From contig NW_013546656.1 of NCBI RefSeq assembly GCF_000760515.2, positions 1-64,000 of the forward strand: 64,000 nucleotides of DNA. The letters are read 5' to 3'. The stretch's first letter is position 1. Each line of letters starts with the position of its first letter. The notes beneath the pieces were generated by a model. The model had not been told where the DNA came from. It did not search any database and saw only the letters and a program-made list of their open reading frames with translations. Source of the DNA: Mitosporidium daphniae (lineage: Eukaryota). Shown here in pieces: positions 1 to 10,464 of this stretch. Made by a program: the position numbers and the translations under genes.

Positions 1-589
1 TGAGGTGGTTGCGCACCTGGAGGGAAATGGTAAATTTTGCCTTTTTATCTGGCTCGTCCCAGCAGGGAAATGCCCTTCTGGCATCAGTAGCTTCAAATTG
101 AGTTACTGCCATGACCTTTTTATTGCCACTTGGGTCTTCATAAACGGCTCGATAGAATCCAGCGAGCTTGCTGTTTATTTCCCCCTTAAAGGAGATTCTC
201 AGCTTGGCGCTTGTTCCTTCAGCAATATCACCAGTAAACTTAAATGTCACATGTTCCTTTTTGTTGTCCATTTCGAATTTTGATTCATCAATACTAGGAT
301 TAAAAGACCAAAGCTACTTTCCGTCGCTGGTTATCAGCAGCCCAGAAAGGATTATCAAATCCTTTGCATTTAGTCGAATTTCATTTGTCGTTTTGATGAC
401 AGTGATTGAAATTTCAACAAGACCATCAAATGTAAAGCTATCCAAGCACGGTTTCAACTCCAGTTCATAATGTTCAGGGACGACGTTATCAGGTAAAACC
501 TCGCGCGAATATGCAACACTTGAAGACGTATCGGCATCCTTTTGGAGGTTAGAGGCGGAAAATGAATGGTTTAAGCACAGACAAGGCAT
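1..589 (-). CDS. M1-family (puromycin-sensitive/Ape2-like) aminopeptidase, 5' part; runs off the window start
   Basis: LPDNVVPEHYELEL...FTFDGLVEI, then a 24-nt GT-AG intron (294-317), then GFYRAVY...MAVTQFEATDARRAFPCWDEP, the typical M1 N-terminal motif. Confidence 0.9.
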
Positions 590-876
590 TGCAAAGGAAA
601 ATTACAATTTACACGGGTGATCATTCACTTACTTTAAATTTACGATAAATTGGAAAGTTAAAATGATAAAACAGAGCAATTGCACCGATGATCAATAACG
701 CGACGGCAATTGAAAGCCTAAATTTACAATTTGGACGTGTTTCGGAACTCTGGGCCTCATCATCAAATTCTACCGATAATTTGAAATACAAAATTGGTTA
801 CTTGATCTATCCTTGTTGCGTAACCCAAATGAAGACTCTCCTACTATTCGAGACCGTCGTCTTGTTTCCATAAATT

Positions 877-2029
877 TTAAAAAAAATAAATTTTGTCGAC
901 GTTTGCCATGCCATAGCCCCACAATTGAGAGGCAGAAAGATCGACAGACTTGTTTTCAATTCTAAAACAACCGCAAGTGATCCACGTATCTGCCTTGCAC
1001 TTGATCCAGATTCGCCGCTGTTTTTTATCGAAAAATGCGACGCCCGGTGTGGAACTCTCTAATATTGAGACGCCCATGTATTCGTTACTTGTTAGTGCTG
1101 TCCAATCAAAAGGATCGATTCCCATAGGTACGTGTCCGGGCGTGGCATCCATTAATTTCAATTTTAACTTTGTTCCGTTTGCAGTCAAAAATTTGCACTC
1201 GACGGTATACTAAGCTAAAAATGGCAAATGTACTCGATTGGTTAGCGCCAGCCGTCTCCAGTATATCTGATTTGCGGTGTGTTGGAGGGGAGAAAAAATA
1301 CTGGTCTCATGACCGATTTTATAGCATTTTGGATGCATTTCAGGATCGTATATGGGGGCCTGCGAAACTGGCTTGATTCCCGCGCCACAATTTACATCCT
1401 TTATCAGCTCAATGGTCAATTGAGCGGACAATGTTGCCAGTCGATTTCTTGTTGTTTCCAAAGGCTCATCTGCTGACCGGGTCTGTAAGTCGGATAAGTA
1501 AATGGATATCCCTACAATGGAGACTTGCTTTAAAATGTCTCCTGCATCGATTTCCTTTGTATTCATCAAAATGATGGAAGCCCCAACGCATGTATCTCCA
1601 CTAAGAATTGAAGTTTCAATTGGGGACGAGCCTCTGTATCTATTGAAAATCTGCATCAGCCGAATAATACTTTGGGAGCAACGAGGGATGGATATTGAAC
1701 ATGCCGTTGGGAAAAGCCTCTTGAACAGACTTTGGGATATAATAGCCAAATGAGGCAACTATTCCCAGGTCAAAAACACGCCCATTAGATGGCGTTGGAA
1801 TCTATGGAACAGCTTGACAAGCACATACAATCCAATCTTTGAGACCGGCATCTGGGATTTGGTGAACCGGGATTTTCTCCTTCTGCGCAAATGAGGACAG
1901 CGGGAACACTGGCCCTGGAGGCGTCACCACATGCATCTCCTCAAATGGCGAAGATAAAAGTAGGGTGCGCAAATAGGACTGCGAAAACTCGCACGATCCC
2001 AGAAGCAATGCGCTCCTTATGCCCTTCAT
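877..2029 (-). CDS. FMT1: Mitochondrial methionyl-tRNA formyltransferase (multi-exon)
   Basis: Spliced reading gives DLGIVASFGYYIP...FNIHPSLLP-YRGSSPIETSILSGD...GASI...IDAGDILKQ; micro-introns such as 1802-1828 (27 nt). Confidence 0.85.
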
Positions 2030-2103
2030 AAAAATGAAAACTTGATGTTTGCAACTTAGGGTTAGCCCTTGTAAAGTTTCCTTCTCAACGACCATATGAA
2101 AGT

Positions 2104-3111
2104 TTATTCATTTAACTGGCAAACAGAGGCATTGTGCTGACCTCCGTGCAGTAAAAATGTGTTTGGAAAGGAAACATGAACCTCATCAAGGCAATACTGA
2201 GATCTCCAGCGGTTCTGAACCACGTCCGTGTACAGAAACTTGTCAAAAAAGGCTCTAGTTTGAAGGAAATTCGAACGCAAGAAGAGCGAGTATGCAATTG
2301 CCATGTCATAGGATTTGAAGGCACATCTTTTGGTGGCTTTGTATTTTATTTTATTCAGTCTTGTTTCCAAATCTTCAAGAGACCTACCAGAAGAGAGGAG
2401 CCACTTGTCCATAAGCCTTGACCGCCACGAAATGGTCTCCACCGCGATCAAATAGTATTCGCGGAAATAGGACTCCGGTCCAATGTTGTACATTGCATTT
2501 CCGTTTATATGAAGGAAGAAGGGAAGATCGTTGTCTTTCCTCTTAAAAAGGACCCTCGAATCGCCATGGAAGATTGATCCCTGCATCCAAAAGCGACCAC
2601 TTCTTGTGTCACATTCTTGCTGCAGTGCCTCAACCCATCCACCTCTGATGGGGAGGCAATCCGGCTCCATGTAGAAGAAAATCAGCGGGTCCTCCCCTGC
2701 AAGTTGATAGGAATAGAAATATAGCAGTAGATCGAACATTGTTCTTGATCCAACTATGTGGCTATCGATTGCATCGCCATTCAAAATTGCGTGGATGTGT
2801 TGAATTGAATTCAACAAGACCCCATCTAGGATCAACGCAAGGCTGGAGTTGATTCTCAGTTCAAGGTCCCTTTTTTCTGCATCAGCCAAAAAGCCGCCAG
2901 AAGAGTAAAAGACGATGGTCAGCTCGGTATCTTTGGAGCTCCCTTTGTTTATATATGGCGGATATTTTGACCATAGCTCGATGTTGGTTAATAGATTTGG
3001 CAACTGCCTGTAGTGATATGGAATGACAATGTGGGTTAGCCTGTCCCTCTTTGCATCAACCAAAGTGAGGGCGATCAAATGGAGCAATATTAGAGATACT
3101 TTCCAAAGCAT
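2104..3111 (-). CDS. Hypothetical signal-peptide protein (335 aa), possibly glycosyltransferase-like
   Basis: Intronless ORF with hydrophobic N-terminus MLWKVSLILLHLIALTLVDA; motifs FFYMEPDCLPIR and HINGNAMY. Confidence 0.6.
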   Translation of the reverse strand: MLWKVSLILLHLIALTLVDAKRDRLTHIVIPYHYRQLPNLLTNIELWSKYPPYINKGSSKDTELTIVFYSSGGFLADAEKRDLELRINSSLALILDGVLLNSIQHIHAILNGDAIDSHIVGSRTMFDLLLYFYSYQLAGEDPLIFFYMEPDCLPIRGGWVEALQQECDTRSGRFWMQGSIFHGDSRVLFKRKDNDLPFFLHINGNAMYNIGPESYFREYYLIAVETISWRSRLMDKWLLSSGRSLEDLETRLNKIKYKATKRCAFKSYDMAIAYSLFLRSNFLQTRAFFDKFLYTDVVQNRWRSQYCLDEVHVSFPNTFLLHGGQHNASVCQLNE

Positions 3112-3365
3112 AGATATGTAAAGGCGTGATCATTTAAATCCATTTTTCGAAATAACAATATCTTATTTGGGAAATTCCAAAATGACTGGAAAATATTTTG
3201 GTTTGAAGCAAATTTGAAATTTCAATCTTTAATTAGCGGATGTGACCGACCGACCCCGTACTGGCCCTCCCCTTCCCTTGCCTGCAGCACAAGCAATTGT
3301 GGCGAACAAACCAAACGACGCATACTTTGTGCCCTGGGCCAAGTGTATATATATGTACATGCGCT

Positions 3366-4895
3366 TCACCCAATGAACCGACTTGTCTCAAAGTCAAAAG
3401 GCTCAGAAAGTCCACACAGCTCGGAAACGGGTCTTATGGCGCGAGGATCGGTTGAAAAATCGGTCGCAAATTTAGCTTGGCCAAAATTTACGGAAACGCT
3501 TCCATTGAAAACAGAAACGGCAGGATAATACTTGCCCCTATACAAGCCAAAGGCCTCTCCACCCCTGCCAATGGAAACCCCGTTGATGAAGAATTCCAAG
3601 TACGAATTTCCGAGGAGCTTGTGTTTGATTAGGTATGCATCTGTGAGCTGCCTAGGCGGGAAAAGCTGCTGAAATTGGCGCAGTTTGTGCTCATCGTAAT
3701 CCGATTCGTCGTTGGATGGTAGTGGCAAATGGATCAACATTCCAATTGTAAAAATGGCATCCTTTGGCGTAACCGGCATATTGACGAACGTATTTAAAGG
3801 ACGGCCTGTGTGGAACAGAATGCTTTTTACGTCTCCAAAAGCATATCCAAATTCATCAAACCCGACCGGCGAATGGAGATCCGAAAGGCCCTGAGCCCAC
3901 CCTACTCTGACATTTGTTGTCTTTTCGGGAGAGGGCAAAATGGTCACCTCATAGTACCAAGTTCCTGAAAAACAGCCATGTGATGCCTTTGCTGTGCGAT
4001 AGCCCTGGGGTGTATTTAAAAATCATACATTTCCACTGGAAACGATCAACCCATCTGGAGATATGACAAGCGCAGAATTGGTTAGCGTTGAAAGGCGAGA
4101 AATTCGAACCGGATCTGGCGACGTTGGGTTTTGCCGGTCAAAATCGATGGAATCTATTTCCCTCTTCTTACCGTTTGCATGGCTATTGGCATTTTTCAAG
4201 CTTTTGGACCGCATCTCGATGGGGCTTTCAGAAGAATCCGTAATTGGAATCAGGATCCCCGAGGCTAGGACCCTTGAGGAAATGATCGGGCGTGTTTGAT
4301 AGTGCATTATTGGCGCTTCATTCCTGTCTTTGACCGCATAGTATCCTTGAAAAATTGGCATTATCAATACCTGCTTTCTTTTTCCCCCCTGGCATGACTT
4401 TCCCGGACGACAAAAGGGAGCTTAAATGGCCAATGGCAGCATTTTGCCATGAAGAGCTGGGTGGCAGGCTTTTGGAGTAAAATTTGCTCCAATGGAGACG
4501 GAAGTAATCCATGACAACCTTCCAATGGAAAAGCTTTGTATCCATCGATGCGGCTTCCTGCCTGGTAAGCATCGAAGACTCGCATCTATGTTCCAGGTGG
4601 TACAAGATGAGATAGATGATATCGGACCATGTGACCTTCAAGCGGTACAAGATATCTCTGCCGCGGGTGCATTTCGAGCACGAATATGAATAGAACTGGT
4701 CGCCTTCGAGAAAAGTCCATGGCATGTGTTTGTAGGTGATTGAACACTCTAAATATGAGACAACAATGGCCACAAACTCAGGTGTAAACTATCCTCGCAG
4801 TCGATGCACTTCAAATGCGGATGTATCCTAAAATGAGGCTGCCCAAATTACTTTGCAATCGGATCTTTGCATACGCAACAAAAAAGGTCCAGCAT
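3366..4895 (-). CDS. ASH2: Set1/COMPASS subunit Ash2/Bre2-like (Cys-rich N-terminus, winged-helix-like segment, SPRY domain)
   Basis: CCVC...CIDC...CSKC, TWSDIIYLILYHL, SPRY segments GYRTAKASHGC...WYYEV, RVGWAQ, PVGFDEFGY, YYPAVSVF, VNFG; four 24-29 nt introns. Confidence 0.85.
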
Positions 4896-5669
4896 CGATG
4901 CAGCAATCTGCAAATTAAAGTTCATGTCCCACCCGCCGAAAACCGTTTTTAGTTTTAGTTTAAATTTTAATTTTTCGCTTTCAAGCCGCCGACATTGGAT
5001 GGAGCCCATCTTTATGATTCCATTTGATGGAAGCAAACTTGGCACCATATCGCAGGAATAATCGACACACATTTGCATATTTTGGCGAAAGTCTCAAATT
5101 GGCTGGATTTCGTGTCTTCAAAATGCTTTTTCACGCTGCATAATAAAGTCTGTATGCTCTTTTAAGCTGGTCAGCGTACAAAAATGTCATCCAAAGTGCG
5201 TTGGCCTTTCCTTACGCCTCTAACTTACACCGCGAGAAAATTAAATTTTGCCACAAAGTGTTGCGAATACACAAAAGTTTAAACACCCCGCATTGGGCCG
5301 CAAACTCGACATTCCGGATGCTCAAATAACATCATGACATTGTGTTTTGGCAACATCCCTTTATTTAGGGTTAAGTGTTTACACGTGCCCTCCAATCGGC
5401 TAGTGATTTCAAAGCTAGCACGCTGCTTATTTCGCCAAACTTAAACTGCAGGCTTTGGGGATACCGGATGCCAGCCTGCATCGGTGCTGTTGGCATTTGC
5501 GTGGATGTTTTGACACCCAATGTACCCATTTCAGCTTAAATGATGCCTAAAGCTTGGGACCGATCCTGTCATCAGAAAAGGTGCACAAAAATAACAATTA
5601 AACTGGCAATTAATTTTTAAAAAGTAAGTAAATATTGGCTGCAAATCTAAAATTTATTTATTATTCCTC

Positions 5670-6704
5670 ATGACATTTGCGTCTTCTACGCCCTCTACAA
5701 CACAGTCCGGAAATGGGTCCCCGTCGCCAAAGCCGTCGTCTACCTTGAGCCAATCGCCTTTGCTAAAGCCCCAGTCAAATATGCAAACATCTGCAGGCCT
5801 TATACATTCCGAAGGTGTGATAACGGAAGTGGATGTTACATCCATTTCCTTGGCCGAGAACCTTTGCAAGTCGGAAGAGGCCATCCACTCCATTGACTTT
5901 GTGTTCAAATCAGACGGTTCGGTCAAAAACGAATTTCTTTCAAACAATGGGATCGATTTTGAAAAGCCAACAAAAAAAAAGCAAAAGCTTGAGGACTCTC
6001 TTTCCATGGCCTCCTCGATAACATGTGCATCCTCGCAAATGTTGGAGTGCGATGAAGCTTCCATGGACAGTTTATCGATTTCGGTGATGACTTTGATGGG
6101 CAATGTATTTACAATTAATGATTTATACCCCGATGACTCGTTGGATGCGCTCAAAATGAACATTTTCGAGGTGTCCGGAATATTTCCAGAAAACCAGATT
6201 TTATTGCTGCACCACCATCAGCTTCCAGCCTCTTCCTCTTTGGCTATCAAAAGCTTTGGCATTGTGAATAATTCTTCCCTTAAGCTTCTGCTTTCCATGT
6301 CTGGAGGTCCTGGAAATTTCATGCTCGATTCGTTCCCCGCAAACAAATGTAGCCAGGATATTGTAGAGGATGATTTCGACTTTTCCCCCAGTCCATTTAC
6401 CATTGAAGAGCTGTTAGAACATGATGGATGCGACGATTTTCCCTACGACTCTTCTGAAGACATTGCGTGCGAGGCCAACTCGGATTCTGTGGCATCATTG
6501 GCCGGCCAGTCTTCAACTTCGAAAACTTTTATTTATAGATCCGAAAATGGGGGCATTTTTTTTGTCGAAATAACAGGCACATACACCGATATCAGTCTGC
6601 TGACGCTGCTGCAGTCTGAAAATCCCGCTACCACACCAGCTCCATTAGGCCCGGCGCCCACATCTTGCTTCCAGCTATTGAATTCATCCCAAGCATCTTC
6701 GTCG

Positions 6705-6741
<37 letters not shown>

Positions 6742-7028
6742 TGTTATCGATGCTAGCAGAGCCGTCCTCACAGCAGCATGCTCCGGCTGAACTGGCTCAC
6801 CATGAGCACGCTCGACCTGCAATGGCGATGGAGTCAAATTGCTTTGTTTGCAACAAGAAAGTCAGAGAATCCCTTCAATATCCATGCAAATGTTCGTTTT
6901 TCTTTTGCCAGAGTCATAAGCCGCCCCATTTGCATAATTGCTCGTTTAACTATTGCACGGCAAATAGGGAAGAGCTAAGCAAGTCTAATCCGCCCATTGT
7001 ACACTCTACGCTTAGAGAGTTCCAGTAG
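5670..7028 (+). CDS. Ubiquitin-like domain plus C-terminal AN1 zinc finger protein (ZFAND4/ANUBL1-like)
   Basis: ISVMTLMGNVFTI...LKMNIFEVSGIFPENQIL...LLSMSGG (UBL); CFVCNKK...CKCSFFFCQSHKPPHLHNCSFNY (AN1). Confidence 0.85.
6705..6740 (+). repeat. (TCA)12 microsatellite encoding part of a poly-Ser tract
   Basis: Pure TCA run read directly, preceded by TCT TCG TCG. Confidence 0.95.
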
Positions 7029-7205
7029 GAGGTTGTAATATAGTTGTTAAAAGTATTGTGTTGGCTCTAATAATAAAATTTAAATCCAGGCTGCCCGTGC
7101 ACAACACCGTCTTGTGACCGCTGTGCAATGGGTTCCAATTTAGGGCCCAAGTAGCCCCAAATTTAGTTAATTTGCAGCTTTTCAATTTATTTGCCGACGT
7201 ACAAA

Positions 7206-8338
7206 ATGTTCAAGTCTACCGCGCAAACCCCATTTGCTTTCAACCCGATATCGACATCCGCATCCACAACACCACTTTCTTCAGCATCACAACCTACGAA
7301 TCCGTTTTCAATGCCCATGTCAAATGCACCCAGTTTTGGTGCTTCATCGCTTTCTACGCCCTTTGCATCTTCCTCGTTTTCAAATTTCAACACCACACAG
7401 GCTGCAACACCAGCCATGCCATCGACTCAATTTACAGCATCATCTGCCATGCAAACTCCATTTACAGCATCATCTGCCATGCAAACTCCATTTTCAACGC
7501 CAGCAAACACCACGCCCCAATTTCCGGCTCCAGGCACGGCCAATTCGTTTTTTACACCATCTTCATCCGTTTTTTGCACACCCGGAACTCTTCCTACCCA
7601 AGGAACCTTTACCACTCCATCTTCCATTCAAGCGCCTAACTCTTCGTTGAAACCACCTCTCTCGGAGTAAGTCCCAGTTTGGCTCACAATTAGCTTGCCC
7701 GGAAGGACCAGGTTTGCTGAACTACCTCCGCACATCAAGGATGCATTGATATCGCTAGAGTATTTATTTTTATTTTATCCATCGCTAGAGCGGTGATAAA
7801 AGAGACGGCACATAAGGCAGCCATGCCGGTTCCATCGATTGCAAGGGAAAATAATGATCTGGAAACCCAAATAGGCCAAATTGAAAAGGTATTACCACGC
7901 CGCCATCGAACTTTACTTAATTTTTAGCTACTTCTTCAAGTCAAAATCCAGCTCGTTAAATCATCGGAAACCTTTGAGGACATGAGAGAAAAGGGGAATT
8001 CGCTGTTTTCCGATCTGGAACTAGCCCTGTTTTCTCTTGAAAAGTTTAAAAACCCATCGATGAGAAGCACATTGTATGTGCTTGACAAGCCAATAGAGCG
8101 GTATTTTAAAAAGCGGATCTCTGCCTTTGGACATACCCTTGGCCTTTTAAAAACCCGAATTGAAGCCAATGATCCAAAACCCCTTGCCGATGAACACATT
8201 GGCATCCTAATATCCAACCCCGATCTTCTCGCGTGCAAGCTGAAGGAATTTTTAAAGTCCATCGTCCAAATGGCATCTGAAATTTCAGCCTTGGAAGAAA
8301 AGCTAAATGCAAGAGTTCAAACAAAGCAAAAGGCCTAA
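7206..8338 (+). CDS. Nup49/Nup58-like nucleoporin (low-complexity Phe-repeat N-terminus plus coiled coil), multi-exon
   Basis: S/T/P-rich exon with TPF/NPF/PSFG motifs; spliced TRFAELPPHIKDALISLEAVIKE; coiled-coil end IVQMASEISALEEKL. Confidence 0.55.
7431..7490 (+). repeat. Perfect 30-nt tandem duplication (FTASSAMQTP x2)
   Basis: tttacagcatcatctgccatgcaaactcca occurs twice in tandem. Confidence 0.95.
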
Positions 8339-8446
8339 TATAAGGCCACCAAAGCGGAGCGCAGCAAAATACTTGTGCTTGTACATGCAAAATTGGCAAC
8401 GTAATAAAACCGATAGCGCTTGATCCCATCGTTATACCGTGTCGTG

Positions 8447-9285
8447 TCACGTTTTAACTCTAAACTGGCGTACGCGTAAATATAGGAAAAAGAATGGGAA
8501 AAGAAGAGAAAAACACAGCCAAGAAACACCAACAAGCACAGGAGGCACTATGAAGAGGCATTGCTGCGAAAACCTATAGCCATCCGTGATTGGATTCTGA
8601 TAAATAATAAGCGAAGACAAGATCGAGCTCGATGCGATAAAGCAGCACGCCATTCCTGCAAAAGAAACCCAAAATACGATCAATTTTTCTTTGTAAAATT
8701 TCAAGGCCAGTATAAAGCCAGAAAGAGAAAGCAAGGAAAGAAGAAAAGTCGGAATATCGTCCGAAAAGAAGAGGAGAAATCCAGAGGAAAATATCCCGCC
8801 AACAGAGACAAAGATAAAGCTCAAATACTCGGAAAAAGAGCAAAATAGCATAAATGCGCCTAAAAAGGTGCTGAATAGATACCCGGCCGGAAGGACAAGA
8901 CATTCCCAGCCGCCGGCAAATGTTGTCAAGCCATTGTCTGCCGTGATGCCGATTTTTATGGAAAGAACTTTGCCGCCCGTAATAATCGCCTAAAATTAGA
9001 TGCAAAAGTTACCATAAACGCATGTCCCAACTCATGGAATAACACGCTCATAAATGAAAACGGAAACAAAAGCAGCGTACCAACGCTTCCCAGGAAATTC
9101 CAAAGGAAGACCAGAGCAAGGAACTGAAGGAGCATTAGTGCAAGAAGCTCATGAGGGGGCCAAGATTTCGATGAAAGACTGTATTGGGATGGGAAGGGAA
9201 GTATAGTCTGCGGCGTATCATTAATTTCTAAAACGGTGCCAATCCGTTTGGAGAGGGAGCGAAAAGATTGCTTGATGGTATTCAT
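8447..9285 (-). CDS. Peptidase M50B-like integral membrane protein
   Basis: VLFHELGHAFM (HExxH), 23-nt intron 8990-9012, then AIITGGKVLSIKI...GLTTFAGG...LPAGYLFS and several TM segments. Confidence 0.8.
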
Positions 9286-9393
9286 TGCTTTTAAAATATT
9301 AATTTCAAATTGGCCTATTAAAATACATATTTTAAAATTAAAATCGCAAAAATTATAAAAATTTAAAAAGATTTTTTTTTCAAAAAATATAAA

Positions 9394-10302
9394 ATGGAAT
9401 ATTCATCAAGTCGTTCTCCTTCAAGAATACCTGCGAGATACCATGCCAACTCAAGCGAGCATAGAGGGAACCATCATGGCAATGATGATTCTGGAGATTT
9501 TTATCGTTCTAGGGAGTTTCCAAGGGATCCATATCATATCAGAGCCGACCGCGATGATGACGACAATTCCAGGGAAGCACAGCGAAGAAAGCTAGCCCCG
9601 CCAAATTCTGTTATTGGTGTATTTGGGCTTTCTGAAGACACTACAGAGTCTGATTTAAAGGAGCTATTTTCTCCCTTTGGCGAGATCAAAAAAATCAACC
9701 TCATATTTGATCGCGAAACAGGCCGCTTTAAATGCTTTGCATTTGTATATTTTGAATCCGTCGGCAGTGCCTCTAGAGCACTGCAAGAAAAAAACGAGAC
9801 AGAGCTCAAGGGGAATCTAATCCGCATCGACTTTTCTGCCACTGCACGAAACTCGTCGTTTAGAAGCACTCTTCCACAACGAATATCATCTGGGGACGAC
9901 TACTACCATCGAGATTCTCATCACCACGCTGAAAATCACCAGCCGACAGACTCATATTCCAGATATGCATATCGAGATTCTCAGCGGGGCTATATTAACC
10001 ATACGTCTTTCGATAGATATACAGATCGCGCTCCTTCCAGAAGATATGACGATTATCCTCCAAGGCGGACACACGCTTCGCCACCAAGAGAGAGGTCTTA
10101 TTCCCATCGTCAATATGATCTCCCGACACACTATGATGAGCACCACAGGTATTCTCGTACCATCCAAGACCATCAACGAAGCTATTCTCCAGACCAATAT
10201 TCCCGGTTCCGCTATCAAGGCCCGCCTCCCAGAGAGCGAAGGATGGGTGCGCCTATGCCGCCCTCCCCTACATATGATGACCGCAACAGCTCCTCGTACT
10301 AA
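9394..10302 (+). CDS. Transformer-2-like RRM splicing factor
   Basis: PPNSVIGVFGLSEDTTESDL...DRETGRFKCFAFVYF...IRIDFSATAR, flanked by R/S/Y/D-rich tails. Confidence 0.85.
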   Translation: MEYSSSRSPSRIPARYHANSSEHRGNHHGNDDSGDFYRSREFPRDPYHIRADRDDDDNSREAQRRKLAPPNSVIGVFGLSEDTTESDLKELFSPFGEIKKINLIFDRETGRFKCFAFVYFESVGSASRALQEKNETELKGNLIRIDFSATARNSSFRSTLPQRISSGDDYYHRDSHHHAENHQPTDSYSRYAYRDSQRGYINHTSFDRYTDRAPSRRYDDYPPRRTHASPPRERSYSHRQYDLPTHYDEHHRYSRTIQDHQRSYSPDQYSRFRYQGPPPRERRMGAPMPPSPTYDDRNSSSY

Positions 10303-10464
10303 AATTCTAATTAATTAAACAGATGGTTGAAATCTGCACGCGATTAGCAGGACACCTGCTAAACCCGCCATCTATACAGCTTTCTCCTTAATGAACGACA
10401 AATCCGTGTGCCAGTAAAGGGTTCGAGCTATAGCCGGTCGCCTGCATTTACAAGTTTAGTTTAT

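Noticed and set aside
6628..6837. Poly-Met ORF on the minus strand
   Set aside because: Reverse complement of the (TCA)n poly-Ser microsatellite
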